Assembly (NCBI GenBank): GCA_965262725.1
Contig: OZ253555.1
Location: 2,784,001 to 2,848,000 of the forward strand
Length of the DNA stretch: 64,000 nucleotides
Source: Dehalococcoidia bacterium
Lineage (GTDB): Bacteria; Chloroflexota; Dehalococcoidia; UBA2979
Reading direction: 5' to 3'
In this document: positions 1 to 10,451 of the stretch, piece by piece
Layout of the letters: each line of letters begins with the position of its first letter
Numbering within the stretch: position 1 is the stretch's first letter
Notes under the pieces: model-generated
The model's database searches: none
What the model saw: only the letters and a program-made list of their open reading frames with translations
Told to the model about the DNA's origin: nothing
Translations under genes and position numbers: made by a program

Positions 1-378
1 CTCCCGCGGAGGGTCCCCCTGCTCGCGATCACGGGTCCGCGGGATCTCCAGCGGCGGCTGCCCGGATCTGTCTCCTGCGTGGTCGGCTTCGTGGAGGGCG
101 AGTCGATCCTGCTCGCGCTCGACCTCGCCGGAATCGCCGCCTCCTCCGGCTCCGCCTGCACGACCGGCTCGGTCGAGCCCTCCCACGTCTTGCTGGCGAT
201 GGGGCTCCCCCCCGACCTCGCCCGGGGCTCACTGCGCTTCACCGTCGGCCGCGGCAACGACGAGGCGGACGTCGAGCGATTGCTCAATACGCTGCCCCGC
301 ATCGTCGAGCGGTTGCGTGCCCTCTCGCCCGTGCCGACCGCCGAACCGCCCGACGACTGGCGCTCCTGGCTCACATGA
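1..378 (+). CDS. Cysteine desulfurase (IscS/NifS family), 3' part; runs off the window start
   Basis: C-terminal motif [21 protein letters not shown] with the catalytic Cys, followed by SLRFTVGR. Confidence 0.9.
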   Translation, partial: LPRRVPLLAITGPRDLQRRLPGSVSCVVGFVEGESILLALDLAGIAASSGSACTTGSVEPSHVLLAMGLPPDLARGSLRFTVGRGNDEADVERLLNTLPRIVERLRALSPVPTAEPPDDWRSWLT

Positions 379-467
379 GAGCCGACCGCGTCCCCGCCGC
401 GGGATGCCGCGGTGGGGCGTGGTCGGCTCGTTTGCCGGGCCCCCGCTGGGCGACTACGATCGCGCGC

Positions 468-1139
468 ATGGTGGAGTCCGCTGCCCTCCCGCTCGCGGAC
501 GGCGAGCAGATAGCATCACTGCACCTCGAGGAGGAGGTTCGCAAGAACATCCTGCTGAGTTCCGTGGACGGCGTCCTGAACTGGGCCCGGTCGTCCTCGC
601 TGTGGCCGGTCACGTTCGGGCTCGCCTGCTGCGCGATCGAAATGATCGCGACGGCCACCTCGCGCTACGACATCGCGCGCTTCGGCTCGGAAGTCTTCCG
701 CGCGTCGCCCCGCCAGGCCGACCTGATGATCGTGGCGGGCACGGTCACCTGGAAGATGGCGCCGGCCGTCCGCCGCATCTACCTGCAGATGGCGGAGCCG
801 CGGTGGGTGATCTCGATGGGGGGCTGCGCGATCATGGGGGGCCCCTTCGCCTACGCCTACTCGGTGCTACCGGGCGTCAACCTGATCTGTCCCGTCGATG
901 TCTACGTCCCGGGCTGCCCGCCGCGGCCGGAGTCGCTGCTCGAGGGGCTGATGCTGCTGCAGGACCGCATCCGCCACGCCGAGCAGGGCGGCGAGCGCCG
1001 CCGACCCGAGCCCGACGGCGACTTCTCGCGCTACCTACCGGACGGCGATCCGCTTCGCCGCGAACTGGAGTCGCTCTTCCCGCCGTTCGAGGGCCTGGAC
1101 GATCCCACGCGCCTCTCCGGAGGCGTCGCGCTCCGCTAG
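468..1139 (+). CDS. nuoB: NADH-quinone oxidoreductase subunit B (NuoB)
   Basis: [41 protein letters not shown] and [12 protein letters not shown] motifs; start placed at ATG 468. Confidence 0.9.
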   Translation: MVESAALPLADGEQIASLHLEEEVRKNILLSSVDGVLNWARSSSLWPVTFGLACCAIEMIATATSRYDIARFGSEVFRASPRQADLMIVAGTVTWKMAPAVRRIYLQMAEPRWVISMGGCAIMGGPFAYAYSVLPGVNLICPVDVYVPGCPPRPESLLEGLMLLQDRIRHAEQGGERRRPEPDGDFSRYLPDGDPLRRELESLFPPFEGLDDPTRLSGGVALR

Positions 1140-2532
1140 CAGGGTTGTGATTTTCTCCCTGGGTGCCCGGAGCATGGCCGGCGGTGCCCCGCGGGTGCAA
1201 CAAACGCCCCCGGTAGCTGTCAGAAGCCCCAGGTAGTGGTCGACTGTAACTGATAAGACGAGTATACTAACGATCATACAAGAGGGACCCCCACGAGGGA
1301 GGATATCGATGCGAGGACAGAGCGAGGACCAGGGCCGCGCCACTCTCACCTGCCCGGAGATGTTCGTCCCCAGCGACCACCCGCTCCGACGCATCAAGCC
1401 CATCGTCGACCGGGCGCTCGCCAATCTCTCCCCGCGCTTCGACGGTCTCTACAGCGAGTCCGGGCGACCGTCGATTCCGCCCGAGACGCTGCTCAAGTCG
1501 ACACTCCTCATCGCCTTCTTCTCGATTCGTAGCGAGAGCCAGTTCTGCGAGCGGCTGCGGTCCGACATGGCGTTCAAGTGGTTCCTCGACCTCCCGGGAG
1601 ACCCCGGTTCCTTCGACCGCTCCACGTTCTCGAAGAACCGCTCCCGGCTCCTTGACGGCGACATCGCCCGGGGGTTCTTCGAGGAAGTCGTGAGGGAGGC
1701 GAGGGAGCGGAACCTGCTGTCCGAGGAGCACTTCACGGTCGACGGGTCGCAGCTCGAGGCGTGGGCGTCGCACAAGAGCTACCGGTCACGCGACGAGCAG
1801 GACGGGGACAAGCCTGCGGGCCGCAATCCGGACGTCGACTTCCGCGGCGAGCGCCGGCACCGGGACACCCACGTCAGCACGACCGATCCCGGCGCGCACC
1901 TGTACCGGAAGGGGAACGGGCAGGCGGCGCGCCCGAGCTACATCGGGCATGTGATGACGGAGAACCGCAACGGGCTCATCGTCGACGTCGAGCTCACGAC
2001 GGCGCACGGGCGGGCGGAGCGGGATGCGGCGCTGGCCATGGCCGAGCGCAGCCTGACACCGGGGGCGACGCTGGGCGCCGACAAGGGATACGACGCGAAG
2101 CACTTCGTGGAGGGGCTGTGCGAACTCGGGGTCGTGCCGCACGTGGCACGGCGAGCGAAGCACAGCGCCATCCCCGAGGAGGTGGCGCAGACGCCCGGCT
2201 ACGAGGTGAGTCAGCGCCGGCGCAAGATGGTGGAGGAGAGCTTCGGGTGGCTGAAGACCGTGGGGGGCGGGCGCAAGCTCCGCTACATCGGCGAACAGGT
2301 CAACGGTTTCTGGATGGAGATGGGCGCTGCCGCGTACAACCTGGTGCGCGTGGCCAATATCGACGCCGCGCTGTCACGGGCGTAGTGCGCCCGGAGTAGG
2401 TCCCGGGGCGCCCGGACGGGCTGAGAGAGCCCCGGAGGGGGCCAGAATCGGCCCCGAAATGACGCCGCATACGCCCTCTTGGCGGTGATTCGCTCCGTGG
2501 CCGCGCCAAAGGGGGCCTTTTTCCCGACCCTG
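1140..2532 (+). mobile_element. Complete IS5-family insertion sequence (about 1393 bp)
   Basis: Imperfect terminal inverted repeats CAGGGTTGTGA (1140-1150) and CAGGGTCGGGA (reverse complement of 2522-2532), flanked by CTAG at 1136-1139 and 2533-2536; encloses a DDE transposase. Confidence 0.85.
1309..2385 (+). CDS. IS5-family DDE transposase
   Basis: N-terminal VPSDHPLR...GRPSIPPE (DUF772-like); catalytic-region motifs VDGS, ADKGYD, VEESFGWLK; GGAGG RBS upstream. Confidence 0.9.
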   Translation: MRGQSEDQGRATLTCPEMFVPSDHPLRRIKPIVDRALANLSPRFDGLYSESGRPSIPPETLLKSTLLIAFFSIRSESQFCERLRSDMAFKWFLDLPGDPGSFDRSTFSKNRSRLLDGDIARGFFEEVVREARERNLLSEEHFTVDGSQLEAWASHKSYRSRDEQDGDKPAGRNPDVDFRGERRHRDTHVSTTDPGAHLYRKGNGQAARPSYIGHVMTENRNGLIVDVELTTAHGRAERDAALAMAERSLTPGATLGADKGYDAKHFVEGLCELGVVPHVARRAKHSAIPEEVAQTPGYEVSQRRRKMVEESFGWLKTVGGGRKLRYIGEQVNGFWMEMGAAAYNLVRVANIDAALSRA

Positions 2533-2578
2533 CTAGAGGCGCGCCCACCGCGTCCCGGCCGCTTCCGTCCCCCGGCGG

Positions 2579-2899
2579 CTACTCCCGGGGCGTCTCGCCG
2601 ATGTCGTAGTCGACTCCGGAAAGCGACTCCACAACCGGCGTGAGGACCTTCTCGACCATCTCGCGGTGGGCCGCGCTCTCCTCGTAGTCGCGATAGGCCT
2701 TGTAGGTGCGGAAATCGATGGTAACGACCCAGTTGTAGCGCGTGGATCGGCGCGATTCAGAGATATTCCGGCCCATCGAGAGGCTCACCCAGCCGTCTGG
2801 ATCCGCTGCTTGCATTGCCTCATAGCTCGAGCGAACAGCCTCGACTTGCTCCTCGCTGGTGTCGTCCTTGAACCGGAAACTGTAGATGTGTCGCCGCAC
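2579..2899 (-). CDS. Dabb-family (stress-responsive A/B barrel) protein
   Basis: RHIYSFRFK...F..Y..Y...AAH pattern, 106 aa; GTG start directly preceded by a G-rich GAGGGGGAGG tract. Confidence 0.7.
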   Translation of the reverse strand: MRRHIYSFRFKDDTSEEQVEAVRSSYEAMQAADPDGWVSLSMGRNISESRRSTRYNWVVTIDFRTYKAYRDYEESAAHREMVEKVLTPVVESLSGVDYDIGETPRE

Positions 2900-2991
2900 G
2901 CCTCCCCCTCGCCTCCGCCGTATCCGCGCCGGGCCGACCCGCAGTCTACCGCGCCCCACCGGGGCGGAAGGCCCGGGCGGCGTGGCCGGAT

Positions 2992-3021
2992 TTGACACGC
3001 GCACGGCCCGGCCGCCACGAT
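2992..3021 (+). promoter_or_regulatory. Candidate sigma70-type promoter for sodN
   Basis: TTGACA at 2992-2997, 18-nt spacer, CACGAT at 3016-3021. Confidence 0.4.
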
Positions 3022-3136
3022 CCGGCCGGCCGCGCGCGGCGAGACGGGGCAGGCCGGGCCGGCGGTCCCCTCCACCCGTGTCGCGCGCCACCCGTCGCCC
3101 GCGCGCCTGTCGGCGCCCAGCACTGAGGAGTCTCCC

Positions 3137-3577
3137 GTGAACCCTGTCCGTCTCGCCTCCAGCGTCCTGCAGATCGTGCGCCCGCCCTCAATCGGCCATG
3201 CCCACTGCGACATCCCCTGCGGCATCTACGATCCACACGCCGCGCAGCTGGGGGCCGAGACCGTCGAGAAGATGATGGCGCTGATTGCCGACCTCGGAGG
3301 CGATGTCTCCGGCGTCACGGCTGCCAACTCGATGTCACGCTACGTCACCGTGAAGGAGGAGCACGCCGAACTCGTCAAGCACGAGGTGCGCATCATCTGG
3401 GGCGACTACTTCAAGCCGCCGCACGTCGAGCAGTTCCCCGATCTGCACGACAAGGTCTGGAACATCATGAAGCTCGCCGCCGCCTGCAAGCAGGGGACGA
3501 GCGTCGATGACGCCCGGGCACTGCGCGCCGCCGTCGACGAATTCGCCGAGATGTTCTGGGCGACCAAGCAAGGCTAG
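3137..3577 (+). CDS. sodN: Nickel superoxide dismutase precursor
   Basis: Ni-hook HCDIPCGIYDP after a short N-terminal propeptide; KEEHAELVK and IIWGDYFKP motifs. Confidence 0.95.
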   Translation: MNPVRLASSVLQIVRPPSIGHAHCDIPCGIYDPHAAQLGAETVEKMMALIADLGGDVSGVTAANSMSRYVTVKEEHAELVKHEVRIIWGDYFKPPHVEQFPDLHDKVWNIMKLAAACKQGTSVDDARALRAAVDEFAEMFWATKQG

Positions 3578-3625
3578 CCGGGGACGGGCGCTCCACCGAG
3601 GCGCCGGGGCGCGAGTCGGCCCGCC

Positions 3626-4216
3626 GTGCTGCGCGCACGCCTACTGGGGGCGGCGCTCACGGGGGCGGTGCTCGCTGCTGCGCTCGGCCGCCTCGCACGC
3701 CGCCGTCTCTACCGCGTCGAGGTGCAGGGCGAGTCGATGCGACCCACCCTCGAGCCCGGCGACTGGCTGTTGCTCCGGCGCGGCGTGCCGTCGGCGGATC
3801 TGCTGGCGAGTGGCGACGCCTACGGCCTCGTGGTCGCGGCGCACTCCCCCTCCGGCCGGCTTCTGCTCAAGCGCATCGTCGGCCTACCAGGCGAATCGCT
3901 CCGCGCCGGCGCCACGGTGCATGTGAACGGCCGCGAACTCGATGAGCCCTACGCCTCCGGGGAGGCGCCCCGGTCGAGTTACCGAGGCGTCTCCCGCCTA
4001 GGGCCGGGATCACTCTTGCTGCTCGGCGACCGGCGCGATCAGAGCACAGACAGCCGCGACTTCGGACCGCTGGACGTCTCCTCGGTTGAGGGCGTGGTGC
4101 TCGCGCGCTACTGGCCGCCACACCGCATCGGGCGGCTACGCCACCCACCCCGGAGCTGGAGCGCGGGGGGAGGCCCGTGGCGGGAGGTCGGCAGACCCGC
4201 CAGCGCGGATCCGTAG
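3626..4216 (+). CDS. sodX: NiSOD maturation protease (S26 peptidase)
   Basis: GESMRPTL (catalytic Ser), LLKRIVG (Lys), GD...STDSRDFG; directly downstream of sodN. Confidence 0.85.
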   Translation: MLRARLLGAALTGAVLAAALGRLARRRLYRVEVQGESMRPTLEPGDWLLLRRGVPSADLLASGDAYGLVVAAHSPSGRLLLKRIVGLPGESLRAGATVHVNGRELDEPYASGEAPRSSYRGVSRLGPGSLLLLGDRRDQSTDSRDFGPLDVSSVEGVVLARYWPPHRIGRLRHPPRSWSAGGGPWREVGRPASADP

Positions 4217-4410
4217 AAGGCGACGTCCCGGGACCCGGCCTCCGGGGAGCGGCGGCAGGGGCATGAGCCCTCCGGCTCATCCGGCTCCGCCCCCTCCGCG
4301 CGGCCCGAGGTACCGCCTGCCGCCAGCGAGGCGAGCCCGATACCCATCCGCCCGCCGACGCGCCGCCCCTCCCAGCCGCTTGCGCGTGAGAGCCGGATTC
4401 GGTACAACCA

Positions 4411-6139
<1,729 letters not shown>

Positions 6140-6166
6140 GCTCCGCCGCCGCAAGCGGCATGACGA

Positions 6167-6196
6167 CGAAAGGCCGGCCACGTGGCCGGCCTTTCG
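6167..6196. terminator. Probable bidirectional terminator hairpin between groEL and the convergent MFS gene
   Basis: Perfect 30-nt palindrome CGAAAGGCCGGCCACGTGGCCGGCCTTTCG. Confidence 0.75.
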
Positions 6197-6218
6197 CGTT
6201 GGGGCCAGCGCGTGACCG

Positions 6219-7712
6219 CTACGCCGTGAACCACCAGCGCCGGCCTCCCTCCGCGGGGACGACCGCTCCGCGTTCCGGCGGCCGGCCGAGCATCGTGCAG
6301 AGCGCGGCGGCCACCACCAAGACCGCGGCCGCCGCGAGGAAGATCTCGCGGAAGGTATCGACCTGCGCCGCCCGCACGAGATCCTCGAAGTCAGGCGACC
6401 CGAACTCAACCGTGCCGGCGCGCGCGTAGAAGCGGCCGAGTCCGCTCGAGGTCAGCACCGCTGCACCGACCAGCATTCCGGCGACGCGCGCCAGCGTCAG
6501 CCACGCGGCCGCCGTCGCCCGCTCCCCCTCGCCCACGCGCGAGAGCACGGCGCTCGCGAGCGGCGCCAGTACGAGCCCGAAGCCGAGGCCGGCCACCAGC
6601 TGGGGCGCGCTGCGCAGCGGCTCGCCCAGCCCCTCGTCCCACGCCGCGAGCGCTCCCACGCCGGCGGCCGCGAGCAGCATCCCCAGAGCGGCGAGCGTGC
6701 GGAGATCGGCGCGCGCCGCAAGCCAGCCGCCGGCGAGCGCGCCCACCGGCACGGCGGCGGTCAGACGCAGCAGCGTGATCCCGCCGGCGAGCGGTCCCTC
6801 CGCCAGCACCAGGTTCACGAAGAGCGGGACGCCGATCAGGACCGTGATCAGCGCCATGCCGGCGAGAAGCGTCGCCGCCTCCGCCGCCAAGATGGTGCGC
6901 TCGGCCAGCATCGCCGGGCGCACCAGCGGGACGGGCGTGTTCAGCTCGCGCCAGGCGAAGGCCGCGGCGGCCGCGGCGGCCGCGGCGAGCAACGCGACCG
7001 TCGCGGGGAGAGCGCGCGGGTTCAGGGGGTCGTCCGCAAGCGTGACGGTGAGCACCGCGAGCGCCGCGCCCAGAAGCGCCGCCCCCCACCAGTCGACGCC
7101 GCCCGACCGTCGCTCGTGCGTGGCCAGGCGCCAGGCTGCAAAGGCGAGCGGCACGGCCATCGGCAGGTTGATCCAGAACACGGCGCGCCAGTGGAGCCAG
7201 TCGGCGATGGCCCCGCCCCAGAGCGGGCCGACCAGTGCGCCCGCCTCGGAGGCGGCGGCGATGGCCCCCAGACCCGGCGCACGCGCGCGGGCCGGCAGCT
7301 CGCGAATGACAATCGCCATCGCCACCGGCACCACGGCGCCGCCCCCCACCGCCTGCAGGGAGCGGGCGACGACGAGGAACTCCAGCCCGGGCGCCACCGC
7401 CACCAGCACGCTCCCGACAGAAAACAGCAGCAGCGATGCGGCGTAGATCCGGCCGGCGCCGTAGACATCGGCGACACGCCCCATCACCGGCAGCGCGACG
7501 AGGTAGCCCAGCAGGTAGCCGTTGATGATCCAGGAACTGCGGTAGAACTCGTCGGCCGTTATGTCCAGATCGGGGATCATCAGCGGAAGCACGGTGACGA
7601 CCGAGGTCTGGTCGTCCGCGGCGATGAAGACGCCCGCGGTCACGACCACGAGCAGCCAGCGTCCCCGTGCCGCCGAGGCCGGGGGCTCCTCGGCACGGCG
7701 CGCGGGCTTCAC
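6219..7712 (-). CDS. DHA2-type MFS transporter, Rv1410c/P55-like
   Basis: About 14 hydrophobic segments; DQTSVVTVLP and WIINGYLLGYLVALPVMGRVADVYG, which resembles the P55 N-terminus as recalled; adjacent to an LprG-like lipoprotein. Confidence 0.8.
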   Translation of the reverse strand: MKPARRAEEPPASAARGRWLLVVVTAGVFIAADDQTSVVTVLPLMIPDLDITADEFYRSSWIINGYLLGYLVALPVMGRVADVYGAGRIYAASLLLFSVGSVLVAVAPGLEFLVVARSLQAVGGGAVVPVAMAIVIRELPARARAPGLGAIAAASEAGALVGPLWGGAIADWLHWRAVFWINLPMAVPLAFAAWRLATHERRSGGVDWWGAALLGAALAVLTVTLADDPLNPRALPATVALLAAAAAAAAAFAWRELNTPVPLVRPAMLAERTILAAEAATLLAGMALITVLIGVPLFVNLVLAEGPLAGGITLLRLTAAVPVGALAGGWLAARADLRTLAALGMLLAAAGVGALAAWDEGLGEPLRSAPQLVAGLGFGLVLAPLASAVLSRVGEGERATAAAWLTLARVAGMLVGAAVLTSSGLGRFYARAGTVEFGSPDFEDLVRAAQVDTFREIFLAAAAVLVVAAALCTMLGRPPERGAVVPAEGGRRWWFTA

Positions 7713-7732
7713 CCGCCCGGCGCCCTTCTCCC

Positions 7733-8443
7733 TCAGCGCGGCGCCTCGATCGTGAAGGTCCCGCCGACGTCGGAGATCTCGAGGCGGCGCACGATCTCCT
7801 CGTCCTCGAACGCCGACGCCGCGCCGAGTATCTCCACGCGGCGAACGAGCTCGTCGTCGACCCCGACCCAGGCCCGAGCGACGAGCGTGCGTCCCGCCTC
7901 CGCCCCGGGCACGAGCAGGCCGAGGTCAGCCGACTCCACGCTCGCTTCGACGCGGTAGACGGCGGCCCCGCCGACGCTCTCGCGTCCGGTCACGCGGGCG
8001 CCGCTCGCCGCGCGCATCAGCGCGGTCACCCCGCCGGCCGGGTCGAAGATCGACTCGAGCGTGATGTCCTCGCGCTCCCACCGCCCGGTGAGGGGGTTGG
8101 TGATCCAGCCCTCCCCGTCGACGATGCGGATCTCGATGTCGACGGCCAGCGGGCCGGCGCGGGCGCGGACCTCGGCGCGCAGGCTCTCCGAGCCAACGAC
8201 CTCCCCCTCGGCGCTTTCCATCAGGAGCCCGCGTGCAATCTCGGTCGCGCCGTTTTCGTGCGTGAGGGCGAAGCGGAAGCTCTCGATCCGCTCCATGCGG
8301 TCGGCCGCACGCCCGAGCAGCGCCTCGGCATCAATGGCGGCGAACTCCGCCTTCCCCGCATCGTCGCCGCCGGGGGAGCAGGCGGCCGCGGCGAGGAGCG
8401 CGAGCCCCCCCGCGAGCGCCAGCGCGCGCGCCCGGCCACGCAT
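7733..8443 (-). CDS. LppX/LprAFG-like lipoprotein (LolA-like fold)
   Basis: Signal peptide with lipobox LLAAAA-C; FDPAGGVTALM and later WVGVDDELVRRVEI resemble the LppX/LprG family. Confidence 0.7.
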   Translation of the reverse strand: MRGRARALALAGGLALLAAAACSPGGDDAGKAEFAAIDAEALLGRAADRMERIESFRFALTHENGATEIARGLLMESAEGEVVGSESLRAEVRARAGPLAVDIEIRIVDGEGWITNPLTGRWEREDITLESIFDPAGGVTALMRAASGARVTGRESVGGAAVYRVEASVESADLGLLVPGAEAGRTLVARAWVGVDDELVRRVEILGAASAFEDEEIVRRLEISDVGGTFTIEAPR

Positions 8444-9480
8444 CAGCGGATCTCGACGACGGCCGGGCCCGCCTGCACGGAGCCGACCGTCCAGCCAGCG
8501 CCGGCCGCCCGCAGTTTCTCTGCCCCCTCCGGCGGGAGGGCGATGAGCAAGCCGCCCGATGTCTGCGGATCGTAGATGAGATCGACGAGGGCCGGCGGGA
8601 GGCCCCGGACGACGCGGACGCGGTCGCCGAGCTGCTCGACGTTGCGTCGTCCGCCGCCGGTCACGGACCCCCCCTCCGCGAGACGCAGCGCGTCCGGGAA
8701 GAGCGGCACCCGTTCCGCCTCGATCACGATCCTGACGCCGCTCGCTCTCGCCATCTCGGAAGCGTGACCGGCGAGCGCGAAGCCGGTGACGTCGGTCACG
8801 GCGTGCGCGGCGGCCTCGCGCGCGAGGCGCGACGACTCCCGGTTGAGCCGGACCATCGACGCGGTCGCGGCAGCGAGCGCCGCCTCGTGCCCGGCGACGC
8901 CGGTCTGCGCCGCCGTGAGCACCACGCCGGTCCCCACCGGCTTGGTGAGCAGCAGCGCGTCGCCGGGACGCGCGCCGCCCGTGCGCAGCACGGCACCCGG
9001 GTGCACGACGCCCAACACCGAGAGGCCGTACTTCGGCTCAGCGTCGAGAATCGTGTGGCCGCCGGCGACGACGGCGCCAGCCTCCGCCACCGCTTCGCCT
9101 CCGCCACGGAAGACCTCGGCGGGGATCGCCGGGTCCATCCCGTCGGGGAAGCCGGCGATGTTCAGGCAGACTCGTGCCTCCCCACCCATTGCGTAGACGT
9201 CAGAGAGGGCATTCGCGGCGGCGATCCGGCCGTAGAGGTAGGGGTCATCGACCACGGGGGGGAAGAAGTCGAGCGTCTGGATCACCGCCAGATCGTCGGA
9301 GACGCGGTAGACCGCGGCGTCGTCGCCGTGCGCGAGCCCCACGAGCAGGTCGGGGTGCTCACCTGGCGGGAAGAGCTCGTGCAGGGGGCGCAGGACCTGC
9401 GCCAGGGTCGCCGGACCCATTTTCCCTGCTCAGCCGGCGCAGGAGGCGAGGGACGTGAGCCGTATCTGATCGCGGGTCAC
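8443..9480 (-). CDS. selD: Selenide, water dikinase SelD, selenocysteine-containing (in-frame UGA at 9430-9432)
   Basis: GTG 9480 gives MTRDQIRLTSLASCAG-UGA-AGKMGP (CxxU...K site), in frame with DDAAVY, DFFPPVVDDP, NALSDVYAMGG, DVTGF and DPQTSGGLL. Confidence 0.93.
9381..9429 (-). promoter_or_regulatory. Candidate bacterial SECIS element of selD
   Basis: Immediately 3' of the UGA: a GCAGGG/CCCUGC basal stem enclosing GGGUC-CGGC-GACCC and a GCGCAG/CUGCGC hairpin. Confidence 0.55.
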
Positions 9481-9599
9481 CGGCAGCTCTTCCGTTGATG
9501 CGATGGGGGCCCATGGTCGCACCGCCGGCGAGCACTGCCTAGTCGCGAACGACGACCAATCCCACCATGCAGGGGCCGCGGCCACGCTACCATCACGAC

Positions 9600-10340
9600 A
9601 TGACGCCCACCCGCTCCGGCGCGTGCGACAACGCGGGGGCACTCCCGCGCTATGCGCTCGCCGAGCTGATCGCGCTGCTCGACGCCGAGTACGGACGGAT
9701 CCCGCTCCGCCCCCACGGCGACCCGATGGCGGAGCTCGTGCTGACGCTCCTCTCCCAGAACACATCCGACCACAACTCGGGGCGCGCCTTTCAGCGGCTG
9801 CTGGCACGGTTCCCCGGATGGGACGCGGTGCTCGCCGCGCCCACCGCCGACGTGGAGGAGGCGATCCGGCCCGGCGGACTCGCACCAACGAAGGCGCCGC
9901 GGCTCCAGGCCCTGATCGCGACCGTCCGGCAGCAGACGGCGACGCGTGACCGGGGCAAGCCATACGACCTGCGGTTCCTCGAAGCCCTCCCGCTCGCCGA
10001 GGCGAAGGTGTGGCTCCGCGGCCTCCCGGGCATCGGGCCCAAGACGGCTGCCTGCGTGCTCCTCTTCGCTCTCGGCCGGCCGGCCCTTCCAGTCGACACG
10101 CACGTCGAGCGGGTCTCCAGGCGTCTCGGACTCGTCCCGCCGCGGATGCCCGTAGAACGCCTGCACGACGAGCTCGAGGCGGCGCTCGAACCGGCCTCGG
10201 TCCACGCCTTCCACGTCGACCTGATCCAGCACGGGCGCCGAACCTGCCACGCGCGGCGCCCCGCGTGCGAGCGCTGCGTGCTGCATGAGCGGTGCCCTCG
10301 CGTCGGCGTCGAGGCGCAGCGGCCGGCACGCAATCCTTGA
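9600..10340 (+). CDS. Endonuclease III-family HhH-GPD DNA glycosylase
   Basis: LLSQNTSD, LPGIGPKTA (HhH), PVDTHV, and 4Fe-4S motif C-x6-C-x2-C-x5-C. Confidence 0.88.
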   Translation: MTPTRSGACDNAGALPRYALAELIALLDAEYGRIPLRPHGDPMAELVLTLLSQNTSDHNSGRAFQRLLARFPGWDAVLAAPTADVEEAIRPGGLAPTKAPRLQALIATVRQQTATRDRGKPYDLRFLEALPLAEAKVWLRGLPGIGPKTAACVLLFALGRPALPVDTHVERVSRRLGLVPPRMPVERLHDELEAALEPASVHAFHVDLIQHGRRTCHARRPACERCVLHERCPRVGVEAQRPARNP

Positions 10341-10451
10341 GAGCTCGCCGCCCGAGCCCGCGGCGTCGCGCCCCGGGCGGCGGGCCGTGGGGACCAGGCG
10401 AGCCGCGGATATAATCCCGCATTCGCCGGGTAGCATGCGGGGAGGATGCGG

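Noticed and set aside
6167-6196. Perfect palindrome as a mobile element end or operator
   Set aside because: Its position between convergent stop codons is explained by a terminator
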